Assembly: GCF_006345805.1 (NCBI RefSeq)
Contig: NC_043014.1
Coordinates: 22,754,001 to 22,818,000 of the forward strand
Origin: Octopus sinensis
Taxonomy: Eukaryota
Direction of reading: 5' to 3'
Length of the DNA: 64,000 nt
Under the pieces are notes generated by a model. It was given only the letters and a program-made list of their open reading frames with translations, ran no database searches and was not told where the DNA came from. Numbering within the stretch: position 1 is the first letter of the stretch; every line of letters starts with the position of its first letter. A program made the translations under genes and the position numbers. Positions 1 through 12,030 of this stretch are shown here, piece by piece.

Positions 1-178
1 AAATCACCCACTACACTCTCGGAGTGGTTGGCGTTAGGAAGGGCATCCAGCTGTAGAAACACTTTAGATCCGACTGGCCTGGTGCAGCCTTCGGGCTCCC
101 CAGACCCCAGTTGAACCGTCCAACCCATGCTAGCATGGAAAGCGGACGTTAAATGATGATGATGATGATGATGATGAC
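1..178 (+). mobile_element. Isolated 3' tail of the RTE-type LINE family, ending in (ATG)n
   Basis: Matches the 3' end of the LINE at 5014-7957 (CACCCACTACACTC...GGAGTGGTTGGCGTTA...CCCATGCTAGC...GAAAGCGGACG.TAAATGATGATG). Confidence 0.85.
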
Positions 179-184
179 AAAGAC

Positions 185-1410
185 CAGCAAAGACAAGTCC
201 ACCTGAATAGTGACATGTCAGAGCCGTTTCCAATCAATAACAATGTGAATCAGGGCTGTGTCCTAGCACCAACTCTCTTCAGCATCTTTTTTAGCATGAT
301 GCTCAAGTAGGCCACTGCAGACCTCAACACTGAAGACAGTGTCTACATCAGGTATCGTCTGGACAGCAGTCTTTTCAACATCTGGCACCTTCAGGCCCAC
401 ACCAAGACTCAAGAGCAATTTATCCAGGACCTCCACTTTACAGATGATGCCACACTTATCACACACGCAGAAAGAACCCTGCAGTGCACACATCCTGCTT
501 TGTAGAAGCTGCCCAGCTCTTCGGGCTGGAAGTAAGGTTAAAAAAGACTGAAGTCCTACACCAACCAGCTCCTCAGGAAGAGTACAAGATGCTCCATATC
601 ACCATTACTGAAACAGAATTGAAAGTCAGTACAGCCATTCACTTATCTTGGATGTACCATTTCATCAGATGTGAGTATTGACAAAGAAATTGACAACAGA
701 CTTGCAAAGGCAAACAAAATATTTGGCAGAATGCACAAACGTGTATGGAATAATAAGTATCATAAGATCAACACAAAAGTCAGAGTTTACAGGGCTGTCA
801 ACCTCACAATGCTTATATATGGCTCTGAGTCCCGGGTCCCCTATCGCTGTCATTGCAGGCTCCTTGAACGTTTTCATCAACACTGCCTTCATACCATCCT
901 CAACATCTACTGGAGTGACTACATCATCAACACTGAGGTCCTCGAGCAAACAAAGATCACCAGCCTGGAAGCCATTTTACTTGAGACACGACTATGTTGG
1001 ACAGAACACATTGACAGGATGAAAGACTACCCAAGATCATCATGTACGGTGAGCTCACCACTGACCACTGCAACAAGGAGGAACCAAAGAAGCATTACAT
1101 GGACTGCCTGAGGCAGTCCATTAGCATTTGTGATATTGATTATCGTGAGTGGTCCACTCTAACAGCTCACCGTGCTGCTTGGCACCATACCATCAGTGAT
1201 GCTGTTTTCTCCTTTGAGATCTCTCACAGTGCTTCTCTTGAAAACAAACGTCAGAGGCAAAAAAATAATGCAGCTGCATTATCAAACTCTGGACAACCTT
1301 ACCTCAGTCATCATTGCAATCAGATATGTTGATCCCACATCGGCCTTATCAGCCATGAATGAGCGTGCAGATGACAAAGAAAACAATCTTCCTATCTTCA
1401 TCACCGAAGG
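185..1410 (+). mobile_element. Degenerate RTE (BovB-like) LINE, RT domain to C-terminus, frameshifted
   Basis: Reads NQGCVLAPTLFSIFFSMML at ~250-300 and LHFTDDA at ~431-450. ORF 671-1111 gives KEIDNRLAKANKIFGRMHKRVW...TKVRVYRAV.LTMLIYGSE..., typical of the RTE RT C-terminal region. Confidence 0.85.
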
Positions 1411-1724
1411 CAAGAATTTACTTTAATTACTTTACTTTCTCTTTTTATTCTCTCTTGTTTTTTGTTAACATTAAGGATGGTCATCTAGCATCTTAATTTA
1501 TACAAAGCAACATATCTTTATTTTTACTGACCAAAGCCAACCAAACTAATTTTTGGTTTCCATACAATGTATAAAATGTAAAGATAAAATTTTGTACATG
1601 TATTTGCAGTTGAATCCTTGGCATAACCATGATGTTTTGGAGATCTGATAAACTAGCTTTATTTGCATTGATTTGTGAATATATAATTGTATTGTATGAT
1701 TCATAGCATGTATATTAATGCAAA

Positions 1725-2045
1725 TCATCATCATCATTTAACATCTACTTTCCATGCTGGCATGGGTTGGATTGTTTGACAGGAGTTGACTAGGCAGAAG
1801 ACTGCACCAGGCTTCAGTGTCTATTTTGGCAAGGTTTCTACAGCTGGATGCCTTTCCTAACATCAACCACACCACAGAGTGGACTGAGTGCTTTTTATGC
1901 AGCACCATCTCAAGTGAGGTCAATTCTAGCATGGTTTTTACCTCTGGGTGCTCTTCCAAATGGAAACCACTTTACAGTGTGGACTGGGTGCTTTTTATAT
2001 GGCACCAGCACTGGCAGGGTCACCAAGTAACTTGCAAGACAAAGA
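1725..2045 (-). mobile_element. RTE LINE 3' tail fragment
   Basis: (CAT)n followed by TTTAACATCTACTTTCCATGCTGGCATGGGTTGG...CAGCTGGATGCCTTTCCTAAC, the reverse complement of the family tail. Confidence 0.75.
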
Positions 2046-2459
2046 TCCTTTGAGAAAGGAGGAGCCATTGTGCAGATGATGAAAGGTTAGAGTGTGACAG
2101 AAAGACAGAAACAGGTGTGTTGTTGTAGAAGAGGTACATGGTTAATCAGTCAGAGGGAGAGAGTAAGAGAAAGAGAGAGAGAGAGAGTGCAAGAGAGAGG
2201 AGAGAGATAGTGGCAAAGTGACAGGGCATACTCACAAGGAATGGTGGATCTGAATATAAATGGGATGGTAGAGTAGAGCAAAGGAGCGACAGATGGTGGC
2301 AAAGTGCCAGGGCATACCCTTAAGGTATGGAGGTCTCTTATTCCACACTGAAATTATTAATAGATGTAAAACTGTAAAACAGTTGTAATCATAAAGATAT
2401 CAAGTGGTTAAATAGATATATTCCTCTCTCATACCTCCTGACTTTTTATAGATTTTATA

Positions 2460-2660
2460 TATCATCATCACCCTCATTTAACCTCCATTGTCCATACTGG
2501 CATAGGTTGGATGGTTTGACAAGGGCTGGTAAGCTGGAAGGCTACACCAGACTCCAGTCTGATTTGGCGTGGTTTTCTACAGCTAGATGTCCTTCCTAAA
2601 ACCAACCACTCCGAGAGTGTAATGGGGTGCTTTTATGTGCCACCAGCATGGGTGCTATTT
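2460..2660 (-). mobile_element. RTE LINE 3' tail fragment
   Basis: CATCATC...TTTAACCTCCATTGTCCATACTGGCATAGGTTGG...ACCAACCACTCCGAGAGTGTAATGGGGTGC. Confidence 0.7.
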
Positions 2661-2989
2661 GTGTGACACCAGTATCTGCCATGCCTGTGATTTTGCTTGG
2701 CTTCATGGGTCTTCTCAAGCACAACAAAATGCCAAAGGTGTCGGTCATTGCTTCCATGAGGCCCAACACTCAAAAGGAACTCAGCCACTTTGCCTCCATG
2801 AGGCCCAAATACCTAGAAGAAGGTGCTTCTTTTCCACTCACTAAAGTGAATGGAGCTTTGCCCAGAAGGAAGTGATGTCATCAGATGGTATCCAATGATC
2901 ATCAGCACTCTCCTGTTGGTGGGTCAGCAGAAGTGGCCAAATCACTACCCATCATCTCTTGGCTTCCAGCTTAACCACTTGCACTATAA

Positions 2990-3150
2990 CCAGTATGAAG
3001 ATCAGTCTGCTACCTCCCCCATCCTGTGCACAGCCACCTTCATGCTTTTCTTCCCATTCCAATGGCTGTAAGCATTCTCCATACTGATTGGGCAGAGAAT
3101 TCTCTACAGTCAAACTCAACTGGAACAAGCCTTGACTGCCATCCCTCCTC
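2990..3150 (-). mobile_element. Fragment of a HERO-like (restriction-like endonuclease) non-LTR retrotransposon C-terminus
   Basis: Minus frame reads GWQSRLVPVEFDCREFSAQSVWRMLTAIGMGRK, resembling the GW...PVEVGCRGF...S motif of HERO/R2-superfamily elements. Recognised by eye only. Confidence 0.5.
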
Positions 3151-3920
3151 CCTGCTGGGAATTCCTGTTTAACAAAAACTTGATATGATATAAAATTTAT
3201 GAAGGCATTTCTGAACTCAGCACCATCAAATTATGTAGGACTAATTGTAAAAAGCATGACAACTAAAAGTTTTTAAAAAAATGTTCCCCAGTGTTATCAA
3301 TAAAATAATAAAAGCAAACAATGCAATTGTGTTTATTCAGAGAGTACGCTATATAAAAAAATCTTGATGTGATAGAAGAAAATTCATAGTAGTTTTGAAA
3401 CCAGCAAACCAATATTAGTCTAAATCAAGTGAAAAAGCAAACTCAACAGAAATTATGTTCAAAACTTTTCTCTTGTGTAATCTGACTTTATAAAGAACTT
3501 TTAGTCTTGGCTATATTATTTATATTCCTTCTTTTCAAACACAATGCATACACACATACATATGCATGGATATTTAAACAATTACACACATACAAATCTG
3601 CACACACGCATACTCACGTGCATATACATATACAGAGGAAAGACAGTTTGTAAGGAAATATGTAACATTTCCTGAAAAATAATCAGTAAAATATGGTGAT
3701 CTGTTTATAAATGTTATTATTTATTTAGAGTAAGGGTGATGGATTTGCAGAATTAGTAGCATATCACTTTAACTTATTTTATTTCCTTTCAACTTTGTCT
3801 AAAAAGTTGAATTTTCCACTTGCCATGGTAAGTTCACTGTTCTCTTTTTATTGGTTGTATGAAATAATACAAGTTATGCTGGCTCAGTCCAACACTAGCC
3901 TCATTGGAATCTGTTTGATC

Positions 3921-3951
<31 letters not shown>

Positions 3952-4399
3952 TGTATGTATGTATGTATGTATGTATGTATGTATGTATGTATACACACAT
4001 CTATATATTCATGCATGCATACATACATATACAGGGTGTTCATGCTAAATTTGACAATTTTTATGTCTCTTTTTTCAGGAATACTTTGATGTATAGGATG
4101 AACTGTTAACAACATTGGAGAATATAAAGATTAAAGTTGTAGTTGAGAAAAGTTAGCTTACAAGTAGGACTTGTATCAAGAGTTACTTGTATCAAGATGA
4201 TCCATGCTGAGTATCAAAATGCTGACATCACGATTGTTGTTTAAGGCTCTGTGAAAACTGTCAAGGATGAAAGACACGACATGGACAGCTGCAATAAAGA
4301 CTACAAAGCTGTAATCAGTAGGGAAGGACGTAGTAAGCATTTTGACAGCACCTGCTCACTGGAATTCATTTGATAACTGAAAGACAAAGTGATGGAAGA

Positions 4400-4720
4400 C
4401 CTGAGTATGGCTATGTGAAGCTGCTGGAGACTGTGGTTAAACCCTGGCTGGAGAGAATTGCTGCTGGAAGGTTTTATGTGTAGCAGCAGGATTCAGCTCT
4501 TTGCCATACCTCCAGAAAGAATCAAAAGTGGTTATCTGAGGATTTTTATGACTTCATCAGCCTCAATTCTCCTGATTGCAATCTCATAGATTACTGTATG
4601 TTGGGTGTGGTTGAGAAAGATACCAACTGCTCTGCCTGCAAAACCAAGGCTGAGCTGGTGGTCAAGATCAAGGAAGTGTTTTTGAGGTCATGGTGAAAGC
4701 TGAGGTTGGCTACTCTGAGT
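4400..4720 (+). mobile_element. Tc1/mariner-superfamily transposase remnant (DDD/E domain C-terminal part)
   Basis: Translation LLETVVKPWLERIAAGRFYV*QQDSALCHTSRKNQKWL...NSPDCNLIDY...KAELVVKIKEVF shows QQD.A..H and SPD.N..DY motifs, with a stop. Confidence 0.7.
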
Positions 4721-5421
4721 AAACTCCTACCATAATCTAATTGATATTTACTTGATTTTAAAAAAAAATACTTTTATGTTTGGATGGGATATTGTATTTT
4801 CTTTTTATACAAACCGTCAAATTTAGCTCAAACAACATCATCATCATCGTTTAACACCTGCTTTCCATGCTGGCATTGGTTGGGCAGCTCGAAAGGAGCT
4901 GGTAAGTCAGAGGGTTACACTGAGTTCCATTTGTCTGTTTTGGCATGGTTTCTAAGACTGGATGCCCTTCCTAGCACCAAACAACCTGTATATATATATA
5001 TATATATATATATAAGACGACCAACATGGAGAAGAAGGGTCTGGAAGCTTAAAGACCCTGCAAATGGACAGAGATTTAGAGACATGTTACTTGAAGCCTT
5101 CGACGAAATAGAAGGGGGTATAGCTACACATGGGGTAGAAGATAACTGGGTGCTTCTAAGGGACAACCTGCTGAAAGCCACAGACCAGATCTGTGGCTGG
5201 TGCAAAGTCCCCACAAGACCCAAAATAACGTGGTGGTGGAACAATACTGTTGACAGGGCTATTAGACAAAAGAAACAGGCTTGGAAGTACTGGAAGAACG
5301 GTGGTAGCAGGGAAGTGTATCAGACTGCAAGAAGGGAGGCTAGGAGGCAGGTGTATTTAGCCAGAGGGGAAGCAGATAAGAAAAAATTTGCCAATGTCCT
5401 GCGCCGTGAAGATGAAAGACT

Positions 5422-5640
5422 GGCAGAGACGTTAGCACGCCGGGCGAAATGCTTAGCGGTATTTCGTCTGTGTAACGTTGTGAGTTCAAATTCCGCCGAG
5501 GTCGACTTTGCCTTTCATCCTTTCGGGGTCGATAAATTAAGTACCAGTTATGCACTGGGGTCGATGTAATCGACTTAATACCTATGTCTGTCTTTGTTTG
5601 TCCCCTCTGAGTTTAGCCCCTTGTGGGTAATAAAGAAATA
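5422..5640 (+). mobile_element. SINE nested inside the RTE LINE
   Basis: It splits LINE coding ...REDERL / VFRVARQCVRENRDV.... It carries a B-box-like GAGTTCAAATTCC, a central GTCGACTTTGCCTTTCATCCTTTCGGGGTCGATAAATTAAGTACCAG block (resembling the Meta-type SINE domain, from memory) and an AATAAAGAAA end. A related copy lies at 39798-40012. Confidence 0.8.
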
Positions 5641-5931
5641 GGTATTTCGTGTTGCAAGACAGTGTGTGAGAGAGAATCGTGACGTGGTAGGAGAGAAATG
5701 TGTTCGCAAGGATGACGGCTCACTTGCACTAAATGAGGATGCAAAGAGAGAGGTTTGGAGACACCACTATGAAAGGTTGCTGAATGAGGAAAATGAATGG
5801 GATAAAGAGAGTCTGCCGAATGTTGACCCAACAGAGGGACCAGCAATCCGAGTTGACAGTTCCTTAGTAGATAAGGCAATTACAAGCATGAAAACAGGGA
5901 AAGCCCCAGGCCATCAGGAATTACTGCAGAG

Positions 5932-7251
5932 ATGCTCAAAATATCTGGTAGTGTCGGCTATAGCATAGTCACCCGTATAGTTAACCAGGTGATACACGAA
6001 AGAGTCATTCCCAATGACTGGTGTAGCATCATAATAGTCAACTGCTACAAAGGTAAAGGTGACGCCCTAGATACAAATAACTACAGGGGTATCAAGCTGC
6101 TAGATCAGGTAATGAAGGTTACGGAGAGGGTTATAGCTCAACAAATTAGAGAGAGAGTTAGCTTAGATGAGATGCAGTTTGGGTTCGTGCCAGGGAAAAG
6201 TACTACTGATGCTATATTCCTGGTAAGACAGCTGCAGGAGAAATACCTAGCCAAAGACAAGCCCCTATACCTGGCTTTTGTCGATATGGAGAAAGCCTTC
6301 GACAGGGTCCCCCGATCCCTTATCTGGTGGTCAATGAGGAAACTAGGGATAGATGAATGGTTAGTGAGAGCTGTACAAGCCATGTACAGAGACGCTGCTA
6401 GTAAGGTGAGGGTTGGCACCGAGTACAGTGAAGAATTCAGGGTAGAGGTTGGCGTCCACCAAGGTTCAGTCCTCAGTCCCCTCCTATTTATCATAGTCCT
6501 CCAGGCAATAACGGAGGAATTCAAGACAGGGTGCCCCTGGGAGCTCCTCTGTGCTGATGACCTTGCTCTAATTGCTGAGTCTCTATCAGAACTGGAGGAG
6601 AAGTTTCAGGTGTGGAAGCAAGGTTTAGAATCGAAGGGCCTTAGAATCAACCTAGCCAAAACCAAAGTCCTAATAAGTAGGAAGGTAGACCAATCACAAA
6701 CGCCTTCGGGTAGATGGCCTTGCTCGATCTGTAGAAAAGGCGTAGGTAGAAACTCTATAAGATGCACCAAATGTAAGCTATGGACACATAAGAGATGTAG
6801 TAATGTCAAAGGAAGACTAACTAGGAAAATAGTTTTTATCTGTGGCAGATGCTCAGGAGCAATAAACTCTGAAAATATGCAGAGACCAACTTCTATCACG
6901 TTTCAGGGAGAAAAACTAGAAGTAGTTGATAGCTTCCACTACCTAGGTGACCAAGTCAGTAGCGGGGGCGGGTGTGCTGAAAGTGTAACTGCTAGGGTAA
7001 GAATAGCCTGGGCAAAGTTTAGAGAGCTCTTACCCCTGTTGGTGACAAAAGGCCTCTCGCTCAGAGTAAAAGGCAGACTGTATGATGCATGTGTACATAC
7101 AGCCATGCTACATGGTAGTGAAACTTGGGCTGTGACTGCTGAGGATTTGCGTAAGCTCGCAAGAAATGAAGCTAGTATGCTCCGTTGGATGTGTAATGTC
7201 AGTGCAAGAGAGACGATTGTGCTGGTATGGTCATGTGGCGAGAATGGATGA
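5932..7251 (+). pseudogene. LINE reverse transcriptase with an embedded Cys/His finger
   Basis: Motifs NYRGIKLL, QFGF.PGKSTTDAIF, FVDMEKAFDRVP, GVHQGSVLSPLLF and LCADDL (YADD changed to CADD at ~6550), plus CSIC...CTKC...HKRC...CGRC. Frameshifts at both ends. Confidence 0.9.
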
Positions 7252-7489
7252 AGATAGGTGTGTGAAAAAGTGCCACACCCTGGCAGTTGAGGGGACCTGT
7301 GGAAGAGGTAGACCCAGGAAAACCTGGGGTCGAGGTGGTGAAGCCCGACCTTCGAACTCTAGGTCTCACCAAGGAAATGACCAGAGACCGAGACCTATGG
7401 AAGTATGCTGTGCGTCAGAAGACCCGGCAAGACCAGTGAGAACAATCAAAATCAAATCATATATCAGAAAGCAGGGGTTAAGTGAACCA

Positions 7490-7775
7490 TCCGTTTGTGT
7501 CCGCTGCCAGCCTCGTCTGGCACTCGTGTCAGTGATACGTAAAAGCACCATTCGCTCGTGGCCGTTTGCCAGCTCTGTCTGGCCCCTTGTCGGTGGCATG
7601 TAAAAGCACCATCCGTTCGTGTCTGTTGCCAGCCTCGCCTGGCCCCGTGCCGGTGACACGTAAAAGCACCATCCATTCGTGGCCGTTTGCCAGCTCTGTC
7701 TGGCCCCGTGTCGGTGGCATGTAAAAGCCCCATCCGTTCGTGGCCATTTGCCAGCTCTGTCTGGCACCTGTGGCA
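7490..7775 (+). repeat. About 4.5 tandem ~60-bp units in the LINE 3' UTR
   Basis: Recurring GCCAGC(C/T)(T/C)...CTGGC...GTAAAAGCACCATCCGTTCGTG. Confidence 0.85.
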
Positions 7776-8044
7776 CGTAAAAAACACCCACTACACTCAC
7801 GGAGTGGTTGGCGTTAAGAAGGGCATCCAGCCGTAGAAACACTGCCAGATCTGACTGGGCCTGACGAAGCCTTCCAGCTTCACAGACCCCAGTTGAACCA
7901 TCCAACCCATGCTAGCCTGGAAAGCGGACGCTAAATGATGATGATGATGATGATGATATATATACATACATACATACATACATACATATATGTTGATGCA
8001 AACAGGAAAAATAGAACCCAAAATATAAGTATATTACTCTTTTA

Positions 8045-8220
8045 CTTGTTTCAGCCATGCTGAAGCATCACCTTTTAGTCGAAGATATCGACCCCAGAAT
8101 GTATTCTTTGTAAGCTTGGTACTTTTTATATTGGTTTCTTTTGCTGAACTGTAATGTTATTGGGACATAAACACACCAACATCGGTTGTCAAGCGATGGC
8201 GGGTGGGACAAACGCAGTCA
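8045..8220 (-). mobile_element. Partial tRNA-derived (CORE-like) SINE
   Basis: Shares CATGCTG(G/A)AGCA.CACCTTTTAGTC...ATCGACCCCAG...GGTTGTCAAGCGATGG with copies at 12255-12750 and 26225-26625. Confidence 0.65.
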
Positions 8221-8574
8221 CTCTATGTGGACTGTATGGGCAGATTTTTGAAATCCAATGAATCTTGATACATTTATACAGTTACAAAATTTTACAAATA
8301 CACTTTCTCAGGGAGATATGAGATACCTATTATAATGGGTAATACTACATGTACTTTTCATATTTTTTATAGTGTGATGTACCTCTTAGGAATAACAATG
8401 TTTGCAGCTGAAGAAAGCTTTAAACCATCTTTTATATCAATTATACACTGATGTAAGAATGGGTTGTTTATAAAGCTTGAAACACGTGTACCACGATATC
8501 CTTTGTGTTCTGTTTTTATTTTATTTTATATATTCTCTCTCACCTCTGCCACTATCTGGCATAGACAGGTGCTT

Positions 8575-8711
8575 ACACATATGTATATACATATGTTTAT
8601 ATATGTGTATATTTATGTATGTGTATACATATATATATATATATGTATATATATGTATATATATATATATATATGCTTATACATACATATATATATATAT
8701 GTATATATATA

Positions 8712-8779
<68 letters not shown>

Positions 8780-8810
8780 ATATGTGTGTGTATGAGTGTG
8801 TGTGTATATA

Positions 8811-8862
<52 letters not shown>

Positions 8863-8930
8863 ATATGTGTGTGTATGAGTGTGTGTGTATATATATATAT
8901 ATATATATCATCATCATCATCATCATTTAG
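8575..8930. repeat. (TA)n/(TG)n compound microsatellite
   Basis: Direct inspection. Confidence 0.95.
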
Positions 8931-9110
8931 CGTCCGTTTTCCATGCTAGCATGGGTTGGACGGTTTAACTGGGGTCTGCGAAGCCGGAAGACTTCATCAG
9001 GTCCAATTTGATTTGGCAGTGTTTCTACAGCTGGATGCCCTTCCTAACGCCAACCACTCCGCGAGTGTAGTGGGTGTTTTTTACGTGCCACCTGCACAGG
9101 TGCCAGACAT
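8905..9110 (-). mobile_element. RTE LINE 3' tail copy
   Basis: (CAT)n TTTAGCGTCCGTTTTCCATGCTAGCATGGGTTGGACGG...CAACCACTCCGCGAGTGTAGTGGGTG. Confidence 0.85.
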
Positions 9111-9399
9111 ATGTATGTATATATATAAATGTATCCAAACAAAGAAGAACAAACAAGAAAAAACAATAACGCAAGGACGTGGTACAAGTACTGTATTATC
9201 AGATGCTCAGGAAAGGAAGGAAAGAAGATTTAATGTTTCGAGCCTTGATCTTCTTCAGAAACAGAGGAAAGTTCAAAGGTAGAGAAGACGTAGGAAGAAA
9301 ATCGCCAATAATACACGTGCGGTTACGTTTTGAAATGACCGGAAGGGAATGGATGAAGAAAAAGTCCTTTCTAAGACAGGAGAGTGCAAGAGAAGGAGA

Positions 9400-10320
9400 T
9401 ATGTGTGTGTATGTGTGGGTATGTGCATGCGCACAGGTCTGTGTGTGTGTAATAATAGCACATGTATATGCATATGTGTGTGTACGTGTGTGTATGGTTT
9501 TGGCTGTTTGTATGTGTGTGTGAGTGGACTTTGTGTTGCTTAATGTTGTAGAAAAAATTTACAGTAGGAATTTTAGGTAGGAGTGACTGTTTTTGTGTCT
9601 CCCTTCACATGTGCATAGGAGAATGGTCAGTAGAAAGGTGTTTCACTGGTAGTTTGAAGTATATGCATGTGTTTTTTTGTGCAGTGTGTGCCTGTGTCTG
9701 TGTGTGCGTATGTGTATGTATATGTGTGTATGTGCATGTATGTGTGTATGTGCGTGTAGTTGTGTGTGGAGGTATATGTGTGTTTTTTTGCGCATGTATG
9801 TGTGTGCATGTATATATATATTGTATGTGTATGTGTGTGTATATGAGTTTCTGTGTGTATGTGTTTCTGTATGCGTGTGTGCGTGCAGTTGTGAATGGGG
9901 TATATGTACATTCCTTTGTGTGTGTGCGTGCTTGTGCTTGCGTGCATGTCTGCGTGTATGTGCATCTGTGCGTGTGTGCTTATGTCCATGTGTGTGTAAT
10001 TGTGTGCATGTCTGTATGAGTGTGTGTTGTGTGTGTGGGAGGTATGTATGCGTACATGTACGTGTGTATGTATGTATGTGTGTGCGCGTGGGTTATGTGG
10101 GTGTATGTGTGTGTATGTATGCGTGTGTGAGTGTGCGCGTGTATGCGCGCGTGTGTGTATGTACGTATGTGTATGTGTGTGTGAATGTATGTGTGTGTAT
10201 GTGCTTTTATGTGTGTTGTATGTGTGTGGTGTGTGTGGGAGGTATATGTGTGCATGGTGTGTGTATTTTCTCGTATGTGTCTATATGTACGTGTGTGTGT
10301 ATGTGTGCGTGTACATAGAA
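9400..10320. repeat. Long degenerate (TG)-rich low-complexity tract
   Basis: Direct inspection. The Cys/Val-rich ORFs here are translation artefacts. Confidence 0.9.
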
Positions 10321-10675
10321 AAAATAAAATATAATAAATTATAATAAAAAGGTCGATAGGGGATAAAGAAGTTAATATAATATAAAATGGTGCAATAAAA
10401 AACAGAAAATGAAATAAAGTTGCTTGTTGCAAGAGGTTGTAGAGACAGTCATTAGGAAGAGGGGATTGTGTTTAGTCCGAAGGGGATACTTGTTCGTAGA
10501 TTAAAAATATAACGCTATTCCAGGTGGAGTCGCGAGTATGTGGATCCGTAGTGCAGAGCGAGTTGTGGATCCGTGGGGCAGGTGTGACCGCGGGATCTGG
10601 TGCACGGGAAGGATCCGTGGAAGAAGAGAAGGTGCTACGGACCAAGTAGATCGTGTAGGTTCTGGGCCACTCTGT

Positions 10676-11340
10676 TGTCCCGTTGTTGTTGCAGTTCCCA
10701 ACCCAATGCTTTCCAAGGAATCCTTTCCAAATTTCTGAATCTCGGCCCACTCTGGCATTGAAATCTCTTAGGATTATGATTTTATGATCGACAGGGGTTC
10801 CCAGGGGGAGTCTGCATAGGTCTGAGTAGAACTTGTCCTTGTCTGCTGAATCTGCTTGGAAGGTCAGAGAGTAAACATTGAAGATCGTGACATGCTGCTT
10901 GTTTTCCAGAAGGAGGTGCATGGAGATGATACAGTCCAGCATTGAAACAATGAAGTTTCTTATCATGAAACCAACACCTGAACGGCGTCTTTCTGATGGG
11001 AGTTTACCTGACCATTATAGGCTGTATCCGGCACCATGTTCTTTCAAGCTGCCTTTTTCTGGGAGCTGGACCTCACTAAGGTCTTTGATATCCATTTCTA
11101 CTCTGGATAGTTCATGTGCAATGAAAGCAGATCGGCGTTCTGGCCAACCTCTGTCACCTGAGTCAAGAATGGTTCTGATGTTCCAACATGCGATCTTCAG
11201 ACATTTGGCAACATTTGAAGGGAGTCTGGAGTCTTTTCTCTCTTTGTATTAGTGCATATTCGACTGCTTGAAGAAGATGCCTGCTGGCCGCGGTTTGCCA
11301 AATGGATGTGTAGGAGACTAGCTTTCTTTAGGTCACCTTT
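10676..11340 (-). mobile_element. 5' end of an RTE LINE (AP-endonuclease domain), degenerate
   Basis: Minus frames read LKIACWNIRTILDSGDRGWPERRSAFIAHELSRVEMDI.DLSEV and TIFNVYSLT...DKDKFYSDL...IIILRDFNARVGRD...GKHWVGNCNNNG. Confidence 0.85.
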
Positions 11341-11419
11341 TCTAGGCCCTCTCCACGTAGAGTAAGCAATTGCTCTCCCTAGATAAGGCTGCTTGTTATG
11401 TATATATGTTCATGTGTGT

Positions 11420-11462
<43 letters not shown>

Positions 11463-11466
<4 letters not shown>

Positions 11467-11994
11467 TAATATAGGATGAAGTTTTTTTCTCTACAGAAAA
11501 AAATTTCATCAAGAAATGTGGCAGCATATTAAAATACCTTTACGGCTAAAATTACAAACAACTTATAAGTAAGGGTTAAAGAAAATTATTTCAAAGCCAA
11601 TATGCTGATAACAGATTATTAAATCGTCAATTTCCACATATAATATACTCGCTACAGCAAAGACAGAAGAACTGAAGTCGGGCAAGCTGGCCGTTAGAAT
11701 TTCTAAAAATTCGTTATCTCTATATAGAATCAATTTCGGATACGAAAGAATATAAATAAGATACTTACATGCGCCCATGGAAAAAGCCGAAGCAAAAAGC
11801 ATGAGTACATTTAAGTACCCCAGTTATATCTAAAAATAATTTTAGGATTTTTAGAAATTCTAACGGCCAGCTTGCTCGACTTCAGTTCTTCTGTCTTTGC
11901 TGTAGTATATTATATGTGGAAATTGACGATTTAATAATCTGTTATCAGCATATTGGCTTTGAAATAATTTTCTTTAGCCCTTACTTATAAGTTG

Positions 11995-11995
<1 letters not shown>
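11463..11995. repeat. Foldback element with ~150-bp inverted arms, flanked by (TA)n
   Basis: 11562-11710 (CTTATAAGTAAGGG...TTAGAATTTCTAAAAAT) is the near-perfect reverse complement of ~11846-11992, with a ~135-bp spacer. Confidence 0.85.

Positions 11996-12030
<35 letters not shown>

Larger units (their letters stand above)
5014..7957 (+). mobile_element. 5'-truncated RTE-clade LINE with near-intact RT, 3' UTR repeats and (ATG)n tail; interrupted by a SINE
   Basis: Coding remnants at 5014-5421 and 5641-5968, RT ORF at 5932-7251, ~60-bp repeats at 7490-7770, tail ending ATGATGATG at ~7957. No endonuclease domain present. Confidence 0.92.

Noticed and set aside
6540-6560. CADD as a novel RT catalytic motif
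   Set aside because: A single TAT>TGT change in a copy that is already truncated and frameshifted; most likely a private mutation.
8464-10432. Long ORFs of 100-213 aa rich in Tyr/Ile/Cys/Val or His/Thr
   Set aside because: They are translations of (TA)n and (TG)n microsatellites. The same applies to ORFs at 12019-12307, 23952-24299 and 56524-56920.
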